From positions 96,001-160,000 of the forward strand of contig CAWBAN010000001.1 in the NCBI GenBank assembly GCA_963786935.1: DNA of 64,000 nt, given 5' to 3'. Both the position numbers and the translations under genes were made by a program. Under the pieces are notes generated by a model. It ran no database searches. It was not told the origin of the DNA and saw only the letters and a program-made list of their open reading frames with translations. Below are positions 18,763-29,315 of this stretch, one piece after another. Every line of letters begins with the position of its first letter. Position 1 is the stretch's first letter. The stretch comes from an uncultured bacterium. GTDB taxonomy: Bacteria > Krumholzibacteriota > Krumholzibacteriia > Krumholzibacteriales > Krumholzibacteriaceae.

Positions 18763-18810
18763 ATGGAGAACCCGGAACGTGAACGTTCCACCCGGTTCTC
18801 CATTTTTTTT
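18763..18810 (+). terminator. intrinsic terminator after rpmA
   Basis: ATGGAGAACC/GGTTCTCCAT outer stem, GGAACGT/ACGTTCC inner stem, T run. Confidence 0.8.
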
Positions 18811-18883
18811 ATGGCGTCCCGCGCCCGGCGGCGATACTCTCATGAGGCAGTGAGAGAGGCCGCATCATCCCCGGAGGTACGCA

Positions 18884-19537
18884 ATGAAGATCAAATATCT
18901 CGGCCATGCCGCGTTCGAGCTCGTCCTCGAGGGCGGCGCGCGCATCGTGTTCGATCCCTACACGGCGGGGGCGTTCGGCACGCTCGCGTGCGATGAGATC
19001 ACGGGGAGCTACGACATCGCGATCGTGAGCCACAGCCACGAGGATCACGTGTGCCGGGATGTGCTCTCGCGCTCGAAGACGATCGTCAACAAGCAGGGCA
19101 AGGTGAAAACGACCGGCGTCACGATCGAGTCGCTCATCACGTATCACGACGAGTCGAAGGGCAGGGAGCGGGGGAAGAACTTCATCTCCATCGTCGAGGC
19201 GGAGGGGCTCCGCGTCGCGCATCTCGGCGATCTCGGCCATTCGATCGCGCGGAAGGATTTTCCGATGCTCATGTGGCTCGACGTGCTCCTGATCCCCGTC
19301 GGCGGGCATTTCACGATCGGCGCGGCGACCGCTGCCGCGCTCGTGAAGGAGTTCGAGCCGAAGATCGTCATCCCGATGCATTACAAGACGGCGAAGGTGG
19401 ATTTTCCCATCACGCCCGTTGAGAATTTCACGAAACTGATGGATACTGTCGAGGTCTCGGATGCGAGCTGGATCGAGGTCTGGAAGGAGAAGCTCCCGGC
19501 GAAGACGAAGGTCGTGGTGCTGCTGCCGGCGAACTGA
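18884..19537 (+). CDS. MBL-fold metallo-hydrolase
   Basis: MKIKYLGHAAF, SHSHEDH, HLGDLGH, IPMHY. Confidence 0.92.
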   Translation: MKIKYLGHAAFELVLEGGARIVFDPYTAGAFGTLACDEITGSYDIAIVSHSHEDHVCRDVLSRSKTIVNKQGKVKTTGVTIESLITYHDESKGRERGKNFISIVEAEGLRVAHLGDLGHSIARKDFPMLMWLDVLLIPVGGHFTIGAATAAALVKEFEPKIVIPMHYKTAKVDFPITPVENFTKLMDTVEVSDASWIEVWKEKLPAKTKVVVLLPAN

Positions 19538-19569
19538 TTCGGCCGGCGGCGCGCGGAAGGAGGAGCGGC

Positions 19570-19944
19570 ATGTTCTGCCCGAAATGCAAAGCCGAATACA
19601 ATGAAGGCGTACTGATGTGCGCCGACTGCGATGTGCCGCTCGTCCCGGCGCTGCCCGAGAAGCGGCAGACGAAGGACATCGATTTCGTCAGCGTCGTGCG
19701 CACGTTCAATCCGCAGGACATCGCGATCATCGAGAGCCTCCTCGAGGAGTCAGGCATCAAGTATTACATTCAGGGGGCGACGAGCATGACCACGTACCCC
19801 CTTGTGGATCCCGCGAACGTCATGGTGGTGAAGGCGCAGGCCGACGAGGCGCGGGAGCTTCTCAAGGACCTCGACCTGAAGTTTTACTGGTACAAGGCCG
19901 ATAAAGACGAGAGCAACGAGAAGGATGAGGATCCACTGGAGTGA
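19570..19944 (+). CDS. zinc-ribbon plus DUF2007 domain protein
   Basis: MFCPKCKAEY..CADCDVPLV, IIESLLEESGIKY. Confidence 0.8.
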   Translation: MFCPKCKAEYNEGVLMCADCDVPLVPALPEKRQTKDIDFVSVVRTFNPQDIAIIESLLEESGIKYYIQGATSMTTYPLVDPANVMVVKAQADEARELLKDLDLKFYWYKADKDESNEKDEDPLE

Positions 19945-19952
19945 GGTGAACG

Positions 19953-20957
19953 ATGCCGAAAGCGAAGAAGAGGGTCGTGAAAAAGGCGGCCAAAGCGAAA
20001 ACGAAGCCAAAGAAAGCAGCGCCCAGGAAGCGCACGGCGCCGAAGAAAGCGCCGATGGCCGTCAAGCCCGCGAGGCCCGCGAGGTCCGCAAAGCCGGCGA
20101 AGCCCGTTTCCACCGTCCGCGAGATCGACGCGAAGAAGATCACGGACGCGGTGGCGCGCCTCTCGAAGGAGGCGAATTTCGATCTCGAGAAGGACGTCCT
20201 CGAGGCGCTCAAGAGCGGGAAGGGGGCCGAGTCCTCTCCCGTCGGGAAGGAGATATTCTCCCAGCTCCTCGAGAACGCCGAGATCGCCCGCACCGAGCGG
20301 ATGCCGATCTGCCAGGATACGGGGCTCGCCGTCGTGTTCGTCGACATCGGGCAGGACGCCCACGTCGCGGGCGGGAACCTCAACGACGCGATCAACGAGG
20401 GCGTGCGCCGCGGCTACACGGAAGGCTACCTGCGCAAGTCGGTCCTCGGCGATCCGCTCAAGCGCGTGAACACGAAGGACAACACCCCCGCCGTGATCCA
20501 CACGCGGATCGTGCCGGGGAACAAGCTCGCGCTCTGGGTCGTCCCGAAGGGGGGCGGCAGCGAGAACATGAGCAAGATCGCCATGATGAAGCCGGCCGAC
20601 GGCGTCGAGGGCGTGAAGAAGTTCGTCGTCGAGTGCGTGCGCGTCGCCTCGGCGAACCCGTGCCCGCCGATCATCGTCGGGGTCGGGATCGGCGGCTCCT
20701 TCGAGCAGTGCGCGATGAACGCCAAGCGCGCGCTCCTGCGCGAGATCGGCTCGCGGCATCCGGACGAGTATTACGCGGCGCTCGAGGACGAGCTCTTCCA
20801 GAAGGTGAACGATACGGGGATCGGGCCCATGGGGCTCGGCGGGCGCATCACGGCGCTCGCGGTGCACGTCGTGGCGGCTCCGTGCCACATCGCCTCGCTC
20901 CCCGTCGCCGTCAACATCAACTGTCACGCGGCGCGGCACAAGACGGTCGTGCTCTGA
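19953..20957 (+). CDS. fumarate hydratase class I / L-tartrate dehydratase alpha subunit, with K/A/P-rich N-terminal extension
   Basis: PICQDTG, KGGGSEN, ANPCPP, HIASLPVAVNINCHAAR. Confidence 0.93.
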   Translation: MPKAKKRVVKKAAKAKTKPKKAAPRKRTAPKKAPMAVKPARPARSAKPAKPVSTVREIDAKKITDAVARLSKEANFDLEKDVLEALKSGKGAESSPVGKEIFSQLLENAEIARTERMPICQDTGLAVVFVDIGQDAHVAGGNLNDAINEGVRRGYTEGYLRKSVLGDPLKRVNTKDNTPAVIHTRIVPGNKLALWVVPKGGGSENMSKIAMMKPADGVEGVKKFVVECVRVASANPCPPIIVGVGIGGSFEQCAMNAKRALLREIGSRHPDEYYAALEDELFQKVNDTGIGPMGLGGRITALAVHVVAAPCHIASLPVAVNINCHAARHKTVVL

Positions 20958-21000
20958 TGCACGCTGGGAAGCGTGCTCTGATTCACAGAAAGGTGGACCG

Positions 21001-21552
21001 ATGGCTGAATATTCCATACGCACGCCTCTGAAGCCGGAGGACGTCGACAAGCTCCGCGCCGGCGACACGGTGATGCTCAACGGATTCATCTACACGGCGC
21101 GCGACGCGGCCCACAAGCGGCTCGTCGAGCTCATCAAGGACGGCAAAGAGCTCCCGCTCCCGCTCGAGGGACAGATCATCTACTACGTCGGCCCGTCGCC
21201 GACCCCGCCGGGGAAGCCGATCGGCTCGGCCGGCCCGACGACGAGCTTCCGCATGGATCCGTACGCCCCCCTGCTCATCGAGCGCGGGCTCCGCGGGATG
21301 ATCGGCAAGGGCGAGCGGGCGGCCGGCGTCGTGGAAGCGATGCAGAAGTACGGCGCCGTCTATTTCGCGGCGACGGGCGGGGCGGCCGCGCTTCTCTCGA
21401 AGCGCATCGTGAAGGCCGAGATCATCGCTTATCCGGAGCTCGGCGCCGAGGCGATCAGCAAGCTCACCGTGGAGAATTTCCCCGTGATCGTGGCGCAGGA
21501 CAGCCACGGCGGGAACATCTACCAGGAAGGGCAGAAGCAGTACGCGCGTTAG
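21001..21552 (+). CDS. fumarate hydratase class I / tartrate dehydratase beta subunit
   Basis: TARDAAHKR, GPTTSFRMD, MIGKG. Confidence 0.93.
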   Translation: MAEYSIRTPLKPEDVDKLRAGDTVMLNGFIYTARDAAHKRLVELIKDGKELPLPLEGQIIYYVGPSPTPPGKPIGSAGPTTSFRMDPYAPLLIERGLRGMIGKGERAAGVVEAMQKYGAVYFAATGGAAALLSKRIVKAEIIAYPELGAEAISKLTVENFPVIVAQDSHGGNIYQEGQKQYAR

Positions 21553-21567
21553 CAGAAAGAGCGTGAA

Positions 21568-22515
21568 ATGACGAATGACAAAGCCGCGAAACGCGGCGGA
21601 ACCGCCGGGCGGCGCGACGAGCGCGCCGCGAATCCCTCGCCGAAGCTCCTCGCCCCTTACCGCGACAAGGCGCTCGTCGTGATTCCGGCCCGCTACGGCT
21701 CGACGCGCTTCGAGGGGAAGCCGCTCGCCAAAATCGCGGGCTCCCCGATGATCGTGCACGTCGTGAACCGCGCGGCGAAGATCCGGAACGCCGACGCCGT
21801 CATCGTCGCCACGGACGACCGGCGGATCAAGGACGCGGTCGAGGAGGTCGGGGGCGTGGCCGTCATGACGAAGCGGACGCACCCGACCGGGACCTCGCGC
21901 GTCTGCGAGGCGGCGGGCTACTTCCTCCACGGGATCGTCGTGAACGTGCAGGGGGACGAGCCGCTCCTTCCCGTCGCCGGCGTCGAGAAGCTCATCGAAA
22001 CGATGCAGGCCGATCCGACGCTCGCGATGGGGACGCTCGCCTCGCCGGGGAGCGACTTCGACGATCTCTTCCGCGCCGACGTGGTCAAGGTTGTGTGCGA
22101 CGAGGCGGGAAACGCGCTCTATTTCTCGCGTTCGCCGATTCCGTATCCGATGTTTGAGACGCCGGAGACGGGCTCGCCCCGGCGGGCGAACGGGCGGAAG
22201 CGCTGGAAGATCAGCTATCTCCGCCACATCGGCGTCTACGCCTTCAGGCGCGAGTTCCTCTTCGGCTACAACGACTTGCGCCGGGGACCCCTCGAGCGGC
22301 TCGAGCGCCTCGAGCAGCTGCGCGCCCTCGAGAACGGCTACCGAATCGGCGTCGTCATGTGCCGTTCCGATTCGATCGGTGTCGACCGGCCCGAGGACAT
22401 CGCCCGCGTGAAAAAGCTGCTCCGTGCCAAGCCCGCGTCCCGCGCAAGAAAAATCGGACGCGGAAAAAAATTATCGGGCAGAAAAAAAGTTGAAAAAAGG
22501 AAACGCACTCGCTAA
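21568..22515 (+). CDS. kdsB: 3-deoxy-manno-octulosonate cytidylyltransferase
   Basis: IPARYGSTRFEGKPL, VNVQGDEP, ALYFSRSPIP, LEQLRALENG. Confidence 0.95.
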   Translation: MTNDKAAKRGGTAGRRDERAANPSPKLLAPYRDKALVVIPARYGSTRFEGKPLAKIAGSPMIVHVVNRAAKIRNADAVIVATDDRRIKDAVEEVGGVAVMTKRTHPTGTSRVCEAAGYFLHGIVVNVQGDEPLLPVAGVEKLIETMQADPTLAMGTLASPGSDFDDLFRADVVKVVCDEAGNALYFSRSPIPYPMFETPETGSPRRANGRKRWKISYLRHIGVYAFRREFLFGYNDLRRGPLERLERLEQLRALENGYRIGVVMCRSDSIGVDRPEDIARVKKLLRAKPASRARKIGRGKKLSGRKKVEKRKRTR

Positions 22516-24252
<1,737 letters not shown>

Positions 24253-25080
24253 ATGGAAGCCCTTCGAATCGCCGGCCGTTCCATCGAACCCGGTAAGACC
24301 CCCATCCTCATCGCCGGTCCTTGCGTTCTCGAGAATCAGGCCGACGCCGAGCGCGTCGCTCTGGAGTGCGCCGAGGCCGCGGCGCGCGAGGGGTTCTTCT
24401 ACATCTTCAAATCGAGCTACCTCAAGGACAACCGTTCCTCGATCGATTCGTACACGGGCCCCGGCCTCGAGAAGGGGGTAGCGCAGCTCGCCGCGATCAA
24501 GGCGAAGGCGAAGGTGCCCGTCCTCACCGACGTGCACTGCCGCGAGGAGATCGCGCGGGCCGCCGAGGTCGCCGACGTGATCCAGATCCCCGCGTTTCTC
24601 GTGCGGCAGACGCGGCTCGTCGCCGCGGCGGCCAAGACGGGCACGGTGCTCAACCTCAAGAAGAGCCAGATGCTCTCCCCCGAGGAGATGGCGAACGCCG
24701 TCGAGAAGGCGCGCGTCTCGGGCGCGGGGGGCGTCATGGTCACCGAGCGCGGGACATTCTTCGGCTACAACAACCTCGTCGTGGACTTCACGGCTTTCCC
24801 GCGGATGCGCCCCTTCGGCGTGCCGCTCATCTTCGACGCGACCCACTCGCTGCAGCTCCCCGGCGGGCTCGGCACGCGCTCCGGCGGGCGTCCCGAGCAC
24901 GTCGCCACGCTCGCGCGCGCGGCGGTCGCCGCGGGCTGCGACGGGCTCTTCGTCGAGACCCACTTCGCGCCCCTCTCCTGCAAGTGCGACGCCGAGGCGA
25001 TGCTGCCGCTCGCGGAGCTCCCGAAGCTCCTCAAGGAGCTCGCCGCGCTCTTCGCACTCGTGCGGGGCTTCGCGAAATAA
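24253..25080 (+). CDS. kdsA: KDO 8-phosphate synthase
   Basis: IAGPCVLE, KDNRSS, QIPAFL, ERGTFFGYNNLVVD, FDATHSLQ. Confidence 0.95.
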   Translation: MEALRIAGRSIEPGKTPILIAGPCVLENQADAERVALECAEAAAREGFFYIFKSSYLKDNRSSIDSYTGPGLEKGVAQLAAIKAKAKVPVLTDVHCREEIARAAEVADVIQIPAFLVRQTRLVAAAAKTGTVLNLKKSQMLSPEEMANAVEKARVSGAGGVMVTERGTFFGYNNLVVDFTAFPRMRPFGVPLIFDATHSLQLPGGLGTRSGGRPEHVATLARAAVAAGCDGLFVETHFAPLSCKCDAEAMLPLAELPKLLKELAALFALVRGFAK

Positions 25081-25104
25081 TCGAATGAAAGATTGCAGCT
25101 CCTC

Positions 25105-25133
25105 TTGACGGTATGCACATTTGTGCATATAAT
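25105..25133 (+). promoter_or_regulatory. sigma70 promoter with palindromic operator for brnTA
   Basis: TTGACG-17-TATAAT; inverted repeat TATGCACA-TT-TGTGCATA (25112-25129). Confidence 0.85.
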
Positions 25134-25139
25134 TGCATT

Positions 25140-25403
25140 GTGCGGTTTGAGTGGGATAGGCGGAAGGAGAGGTCGAATTGGGAGAAGCATGGCGTCGAAT
25201 TCGCCGACGCCGAGGAAGTGTTCTTTGACCTTTATGCGATTACGATGCCGGATGAATCCCGGGGAGAAGTCAGGTATGCTACAATCGGAAGGGATATGAC
25301 CGGCAGTGTTCTGGTTGTTGTGTATGCATGGCGACAGAAGCGTATTCGCATTATTTCGGCGCGAATAGCTGACCGGCAGGAGCGCAGGCAATACGAGGGA
25401 TGA
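25140..25403 (+). CDS. brnT: BrnT family toxin
   Basis: RFEWDRRKERSNWEKHGVEF, GEVRYATIG, RIRIISAR. Confidence 0.92.
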   Translation: MRFEWDRRKERSNWEKHGVEFADAEEVFFDLYAITMPDESRGEVRYATIGRDMTGSVLVVVYAWRQKRIRIISARIADRQERRQYEG

Positions 25404-25406
25404 ACG

Positions 25407-25682
25407 ATGAAGAAACACTATGATTTCAGCAAGGGAGTGCGTGGACCTATTCTCCCGATTCCGCCCGGCAAGACCCGTATCACCATCAGAATCGATACTG
25501 AGATTCTGGACTGGTTCCGAGGCAAGATCAACGAGGCAGGAGGGGGAAGTTATCAGACTATGATGAACGAGGCCCTGCGCGACCACATCCGCCGGCGCGA
25601 CGAATCGATCGAGGAGAAGCTGCGGCACGTCGTGCGGGAGGAGCTCGCGCGATATGGGACGAGAAAGCGGCGAACAAAGTAG
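25407..25682 (+). CDS. brnA: BrnA family antitoxin
   Basis: YDFSKGVRG, ITIRIDTEILDWFR, YQTMMNEALR. Confidence 0.92.
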   Translation: MKKHYDFSKGVRGPILPIPPGKTRITIRIDTEILDWFRGKINEAGGGSYQTMMNEALRDHIRRRDESIEEKLRHVVREELARYGTRKRRTK

Positions 25683-25711
25683 TTGATTTCGCCGCAAACC
25701 GGGGGCATTCT

Positions 25712-26752
25712 TTGACGAACCAATCCGTGAAAGCGCAGGAGATGGTGACGAACAAGCGGAAGAATGTGACGAACGAACAGAAGAATGTCGATGAAATCGG
25801 GCGCGAGGTCGTGGCCGCCGAGATCCGCGGGCTCGAGGATCTCCGGCGCTCGATCGGCGCCGAGTTTAAGAAGGCGGTAGCGCTCCTCCTCGAATGCCGC
25901 GGCAAGGCGGTCGTCTGCGGCGTCGGCAAGTCGGGGATCGTCGCGCGCAAGATCGCCGCGACCCTGAGCAGCACCGGCACCCCCGCCGTCTATCTCCATC
26001 CCGGCGACGCGGTCCACGGCGACATGGGGATGATCACGAAGGACGACGTCTTCCTCGCCGTGAGCAAGAGCGGGCAGAACGACGAGCTCTCGAAGCTGCT
26101 CCCGCACGTCAAGCGCATGGGCGTGCGGGTGATCGCGATCACGGCGCGGACGGAGAGCCCGCTGGCCCGGGACAGCGAGATCGTTCTCGTCACGACGGCG
26201 GAGAAGGAAGCCTGCCCGATGGACGTCGTGCCGACAACGAGCACGACGGCGGCCATGGTGCTCGGCGACGCGCTGGCCGTCGCGGCGTTCCAGAGCCGCA
26301 ACTTCAGCAAGGAGGACTTCGCGCGGCTTCACCCGAGCGGCGTCCTCGGCAAGCGCCTGAGCCTCACCGTCGGCGAGCTCATGCACCGGGGGAAGGAAAT
26401 TCCGCTGATCGGCGAGGATACGCTGCTTCGCGAGGCGCTCTTCGAGATCACGAACAAGCGGCTCGGCTGCGCCGGCGTCACCGACGCCGCGGGAAGGCTC
26501 ACCGGCATCATCGTAGACGGCGACCTCAGGCGTATTCTCCTCAAGAATCCGCTCGCGCTCGAGTTGAAGGTCTCCGGTCTCATGACCGCCCCGCCGCGCT
26601 CGACGAGCGCGGCCGTTCTCGCCGTCGACGCCCTCGCCCAGATGGAGATGGATCCCCGGGGCGCCGTGACGCAGCTCTTCGTCGTCGACGAGGCCGGCCG
26701 CCCCGTCGGCCTCATACACATCCACGACATCATCCGCGAGGGGCTCAAGTAG
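25712..26752 (+). CDS. kdsD: arabinose 5-phosphate isomerase (KpsF/GutQ), start uncertain
   Basis: GVGKSG, HPGDAVHGDMG, PTTSTT, HPSGVLG, two CBS domains. Confidence 0.93.
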   Translation: MTNQSVKAQEMVTNKRKNVTNEQKNVDEIGREVVAAEIRGLEDLRRSIGAEFKKAVALLLECRGKAVVCGVGKSGIVARKIAATLSSTGTPAVYLHPGDAVHGDMGMITKDDVFLAVSKSGQNDELSKLLPHVKRMGVRVIAITARTESPLARDSEIVLVTTAEKEACPMDVVPTTSTTAAMVLGDALAVAAFQSRNFSKEDFARLHPSGVLGKRLSLTVGELMHRGKEIPLIGEDTLLREALFEITNKRLGCAGVTDAAGRLTGIIVDGDLRRILLKNPLALELKVSGLMTAPPRSTSAAVLAVDALAQMEMDPRGAVTQLFVVDEAGRPVGLIHIHDIIREGLK

Positions 26753-26850
26753 GGTCCGGCGGCCGCTCCGTGACCATTATCTGAAAATTTGCCAATAAGT
26801 TACCCCATGCCATTCCCGGGATTCCCCCGAAGCGGGCAAAACAGCCCCGT

Positions 26851-26910
26851 TGTTCCCCATAATTCCTTGTGATTCCTCATGGTTACTCATGATTCCCCAT
26901 TGTTCCGCCA
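26851..26910. repeat. six imperfect 10-bp direct repeats (consensus nRTTCCYCAT)
   Basis: tgttccccat/aattccttgt/gattcctcat/ggttactcat/gattccccat/tgttccgcca. Confidence 0.7.
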
Positions 26911-26912
26911 CT

Positions 26913-26929
26913 TTGGCATAATTGTTGCT
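26913..26929 (+). promoter_or_regulatory. sigma54 -24/-12 box
   Basis: TTGGCATAATTGTTGCT; GG at 26915-16, GC at 26927-28. Confidence 0.75.
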
Positions 26930-26957
26930 TGACAGATGCGGATTCTTGGATTATAAA
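26929..26957 (+). promoter_or_regulatory. sigma70 promoter of the lpxL-lptC-lptB-rpoN operon
   Basis: TTGACA-17-TATAAA. Confidence 0.7.
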
Positions 26958-26964
26958 CCTGAGG

Positions 26965-27864
26965 GTGAAGAAAAAAATTAGAAGATGGGCAGCCTATCTT
27001 TTCATACAATCTCTCATATGTTGCACGAGGATCGTTCCCCGGCGCAGCGGGCTCGCTCTCTTCGCGTTTCTCGGGGGCGTCGCGTACCGGCTCTATGCGA
27101 AGGACCGGGAGCGCGCGCTTCGGAATCTGGCCCTCGCCTTTCCCCAGAGCGATCCGATGGTCATCGGGGCGATGGCGAAAGGCTGCTTCGCCGCGCTCGC
27201 CCGGAACGTATGGGATGCGCTCTCGCTCGTCCATATGAAGCGGGAGAAGATTCTCCGGCTCTGCACCGTCGAGGGGGAGGAGCACTGGGTCGCCGCGTTC
27301 CGCGAGGGGAAGGGCATTGTCGGGCTGACGGGACATATCGGATGCTGGGAGCTCCTGGCCGCGTATTTCTCGCACAAGGGGTACCCGTTGAGCGTCATCT
27401 ATAGAGACATGAAAGACCCGAGGCTCGAGTCCGTCCTCACGGGCATGCGTCGCCGCCACGGCATCGCGTCGATCCCGCGCGGGGGGAGCGCGATATCGGG
27501 CTACAAGGTTCTCAAGCGGGGCGAGGTTCTCGCGATGCTCATCGATCAGGATATCGACGTGGACGGGCTCTTCGTGCCGTTCTTCGGCGTGCCGGCGCAT
27601 ACGCCGCGCGGCGCCGCCGCCTTCGCGCTCAAGAGCGGGGCGGCGATCGTGCCGCTCGCGATCCACATGCAGCCCGACGGGAGCCAACGCATCACGGTGC
27701 TTCCCGCGCTCGAGAAGCCGCCCGCCGCGCTCCCCGAGGGGGAGCGGATCGACGAGCTGACGCGGAGCTGCTCGCGGGCGGTCGAGAGCCTCGTGAGGAT
27801 CTATCCGCAGCAGTGGGTATGGTTTCACGATCGCTGGAGAAAGCGCGAGGGGGCGCCGCAATGA
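26965..27864 (+). CDS. lipid A late acyltransferase (LpxL/HtrB family)
   Basis: TGHIGCWE, LIDQD, VPFFG, YPQQWVWFHDRW. Confidence 0.9.
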   Translation: MKKKIRRWAAYLFIQSLICCTRIVPRRSGLALFAFLGGVAYRLYAKDRERALRNLALAFPQSDPMVIGAMAKGCFAALARNVWDALSLVHMKREKILRLCTVEGEEHWVAAFREGKGIVGLTGHIGCWELLAAYFSHKGYPLSVIYRDMKDPRLESVLTGMRRRHGIASIPRGGSAISGYKVLKRGEVLAMLIDQDIDVDGLFVPFFGVPAHTPRGAAAFALKSGAAIVPLAIHMQPDGSQRITVLPALEKPPAALPEGERIDELTRSCSRAVESLVRIYPQQWVWFHDRWRKREGAPQ

Positions 27865-28490
27865 GCGCGTTCGCACGGACGGCCGGGCTCGATGGATTCC
27901 GCCGCGCCGCAGTCACGCTGCTGGTCCTGTGCTGCGCGGCGGCCCTCGGATCCTGCCAGGGCAAGGACGCGGATCGGGGATCGATCGCGACGGCGGACGT
28001 GCCGGATCAGGAGTTCTCCGACTTCAAGACGCTCGAGAGCGATTCGGCGCTCGTGAAGTGGACGCTCAAGGCGCCCGTCGCCCGCGTCTACAACGCGCGG
28101 AAGCTCCTCGTGACCGACGATCCGCGCATCGAGTTCTTCGACGCGGCCGGGCAGCTCACGTCGATCCTCACCTCCGACAAGGGGGAGTACAACCAGGTCA
28201 CGCACGATCTCACGGCGCTCGGGCACGTCGTGGTCACGAGCATCGAGGGATACGTTCTCGAAACGGAAACGCTCGTCTGGGTGGAAAAGCTCGGCGAGAT
28301 TCATTCGGAAGATTTCGTGAAGTTCACGCGCGGCTCGGACATTCTCACCGGATACGGGCTCCGCGGCGACCCGGGGCTCCGCGACGTGGAGATCAAGCGG
28401 GACGTCAAGGCGTATCTGCGGGACGAGGACGGACAGCTGCGGGAGGAGTTCGATAAGGATGCAGGCTCCGGGGGTGCGCGCGGTGAATGA
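27861..28490 (+). CDS. lptC: LPS export periplasmic protein LptC
   Basis: Lipoprotein-like signal (LGS-C), [27 protein letters not shown]; adjacent to lptB. Confidence 0.85.
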   Translation: MSAFARTAGLDGFRRAAVTLLVLCCAAALGSCQGKDADRGSIATADVPDQEFSDFKTLESDSALVKWTLKAPVARVYNARKLLVTDDPRIEFFDAAGQLTSILTSDKGEYNQVTHDLTALGHVVVTSIEGYVLETETLVWVEKLGEIHSEDFVKFTRGSDILTGYGLRGDPGLRDVEIKRDVKAYLRDEDGQLREEFDKDAGSGGARGE

Positions 28491-29292
28491 GGCTCATCGC
28501 ATTCCGCTGCGGGACGACGAGGAAGTCGGGCCGGAGGCGGCCGGCGGGGACGCCGTGCCGTCGATCGACGACGCCGGCCTTTCCTGCGACCGCCTCGTCA
28601 AGGTCTACGGCAAGCGCCGCGTCGTGAACGAGGTTTCGATCAAGGTGTCGAAGGGGGAGATCGTCGGCCTCCTCGGGCCGAACGGCGCCGGCAAGACGAC
28701 GTGCTTCTACATCCTCGTCGGGATGATCAAGCCCGACGGGGGCGCGGTGAATCACGACGGCGTCGACATCACGAAGCTCCCCATGTACAAGCGGGCGCGC
28801 CGCGGCATCGGCTACCTGCCGCAGGAGGCGTCGATCTTCAGGCGGCTCTCGGTCGAGGACAACCTCATGGCGATTCTCGAGACGATCCCCCTCTCGAAGG
28901 CCGAGCGCGAGCGGCGCCTCGAGTCGCTCCTCGAGGAGCTCGGCATCGCGCATCTGCGGCGGAGCTACGGATATCAGCTCTCGGGCGGGGAGCGCCGCCG
29001 CGTGGAGATCACCCGGTCGCTCGTCACGGAGCCGTCGTTCATGCTTCTCGACGAGCCGTTCGCGGGCATCGACCCGATCACGGTGCAGGACCTGCAGGGG
29101 ATCGTGCGGAAGCTGCGGGAGCGCGGTCTCGGCATCCTCATCACGGACCACAACGTGCGCGAGACGCTGTCGATCACGGACCGATCCTACATCATGTACG
29201 ACGGAAAAATTCTTCGGGCGGGGACGGGCGAGCAGCTCGCCAACGACCCGGACATTCGCGACATATATCTCGGGAAGGAATTTCGACTCTAA
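28483..29292 (+). CDS. lptB: LPS export ABC ATPase LptB
   Basis: [49 protein letters not shown]. Confidence 0.96.
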   Translation: MNEAHRIPLRDDEEVGPEAAGGDAVPSIDDAGLSCDRLVKVYGKRRVVNEVSIKVSKGEIVGLLGPNGAGKTTCFYILVGMIKPDGGAVNHDGVDITKLPMYKRARRGIGYLPQEASIFRRLSVEDNLMAILETIPLSKAERERRLESLLEELGIAHLRRSYGYQLSGGERRRVEITRSLVTEPSFMLLDEPFAGIDPITVQDLQGIVRKLRERGLGILITDHNVRETLSITDRSYIMYDGKILRAGTGEQLANDPDIRDIYLGKEFRL

Positions 29293-29315
29293 ATCAAGAA
29301 CAGGACGGCACGGCA

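Noticed and set aside
26795..26912. CRISPR-like array
   Set aside because: Units are 10 bp and contiguous with no spacers; no cas genes
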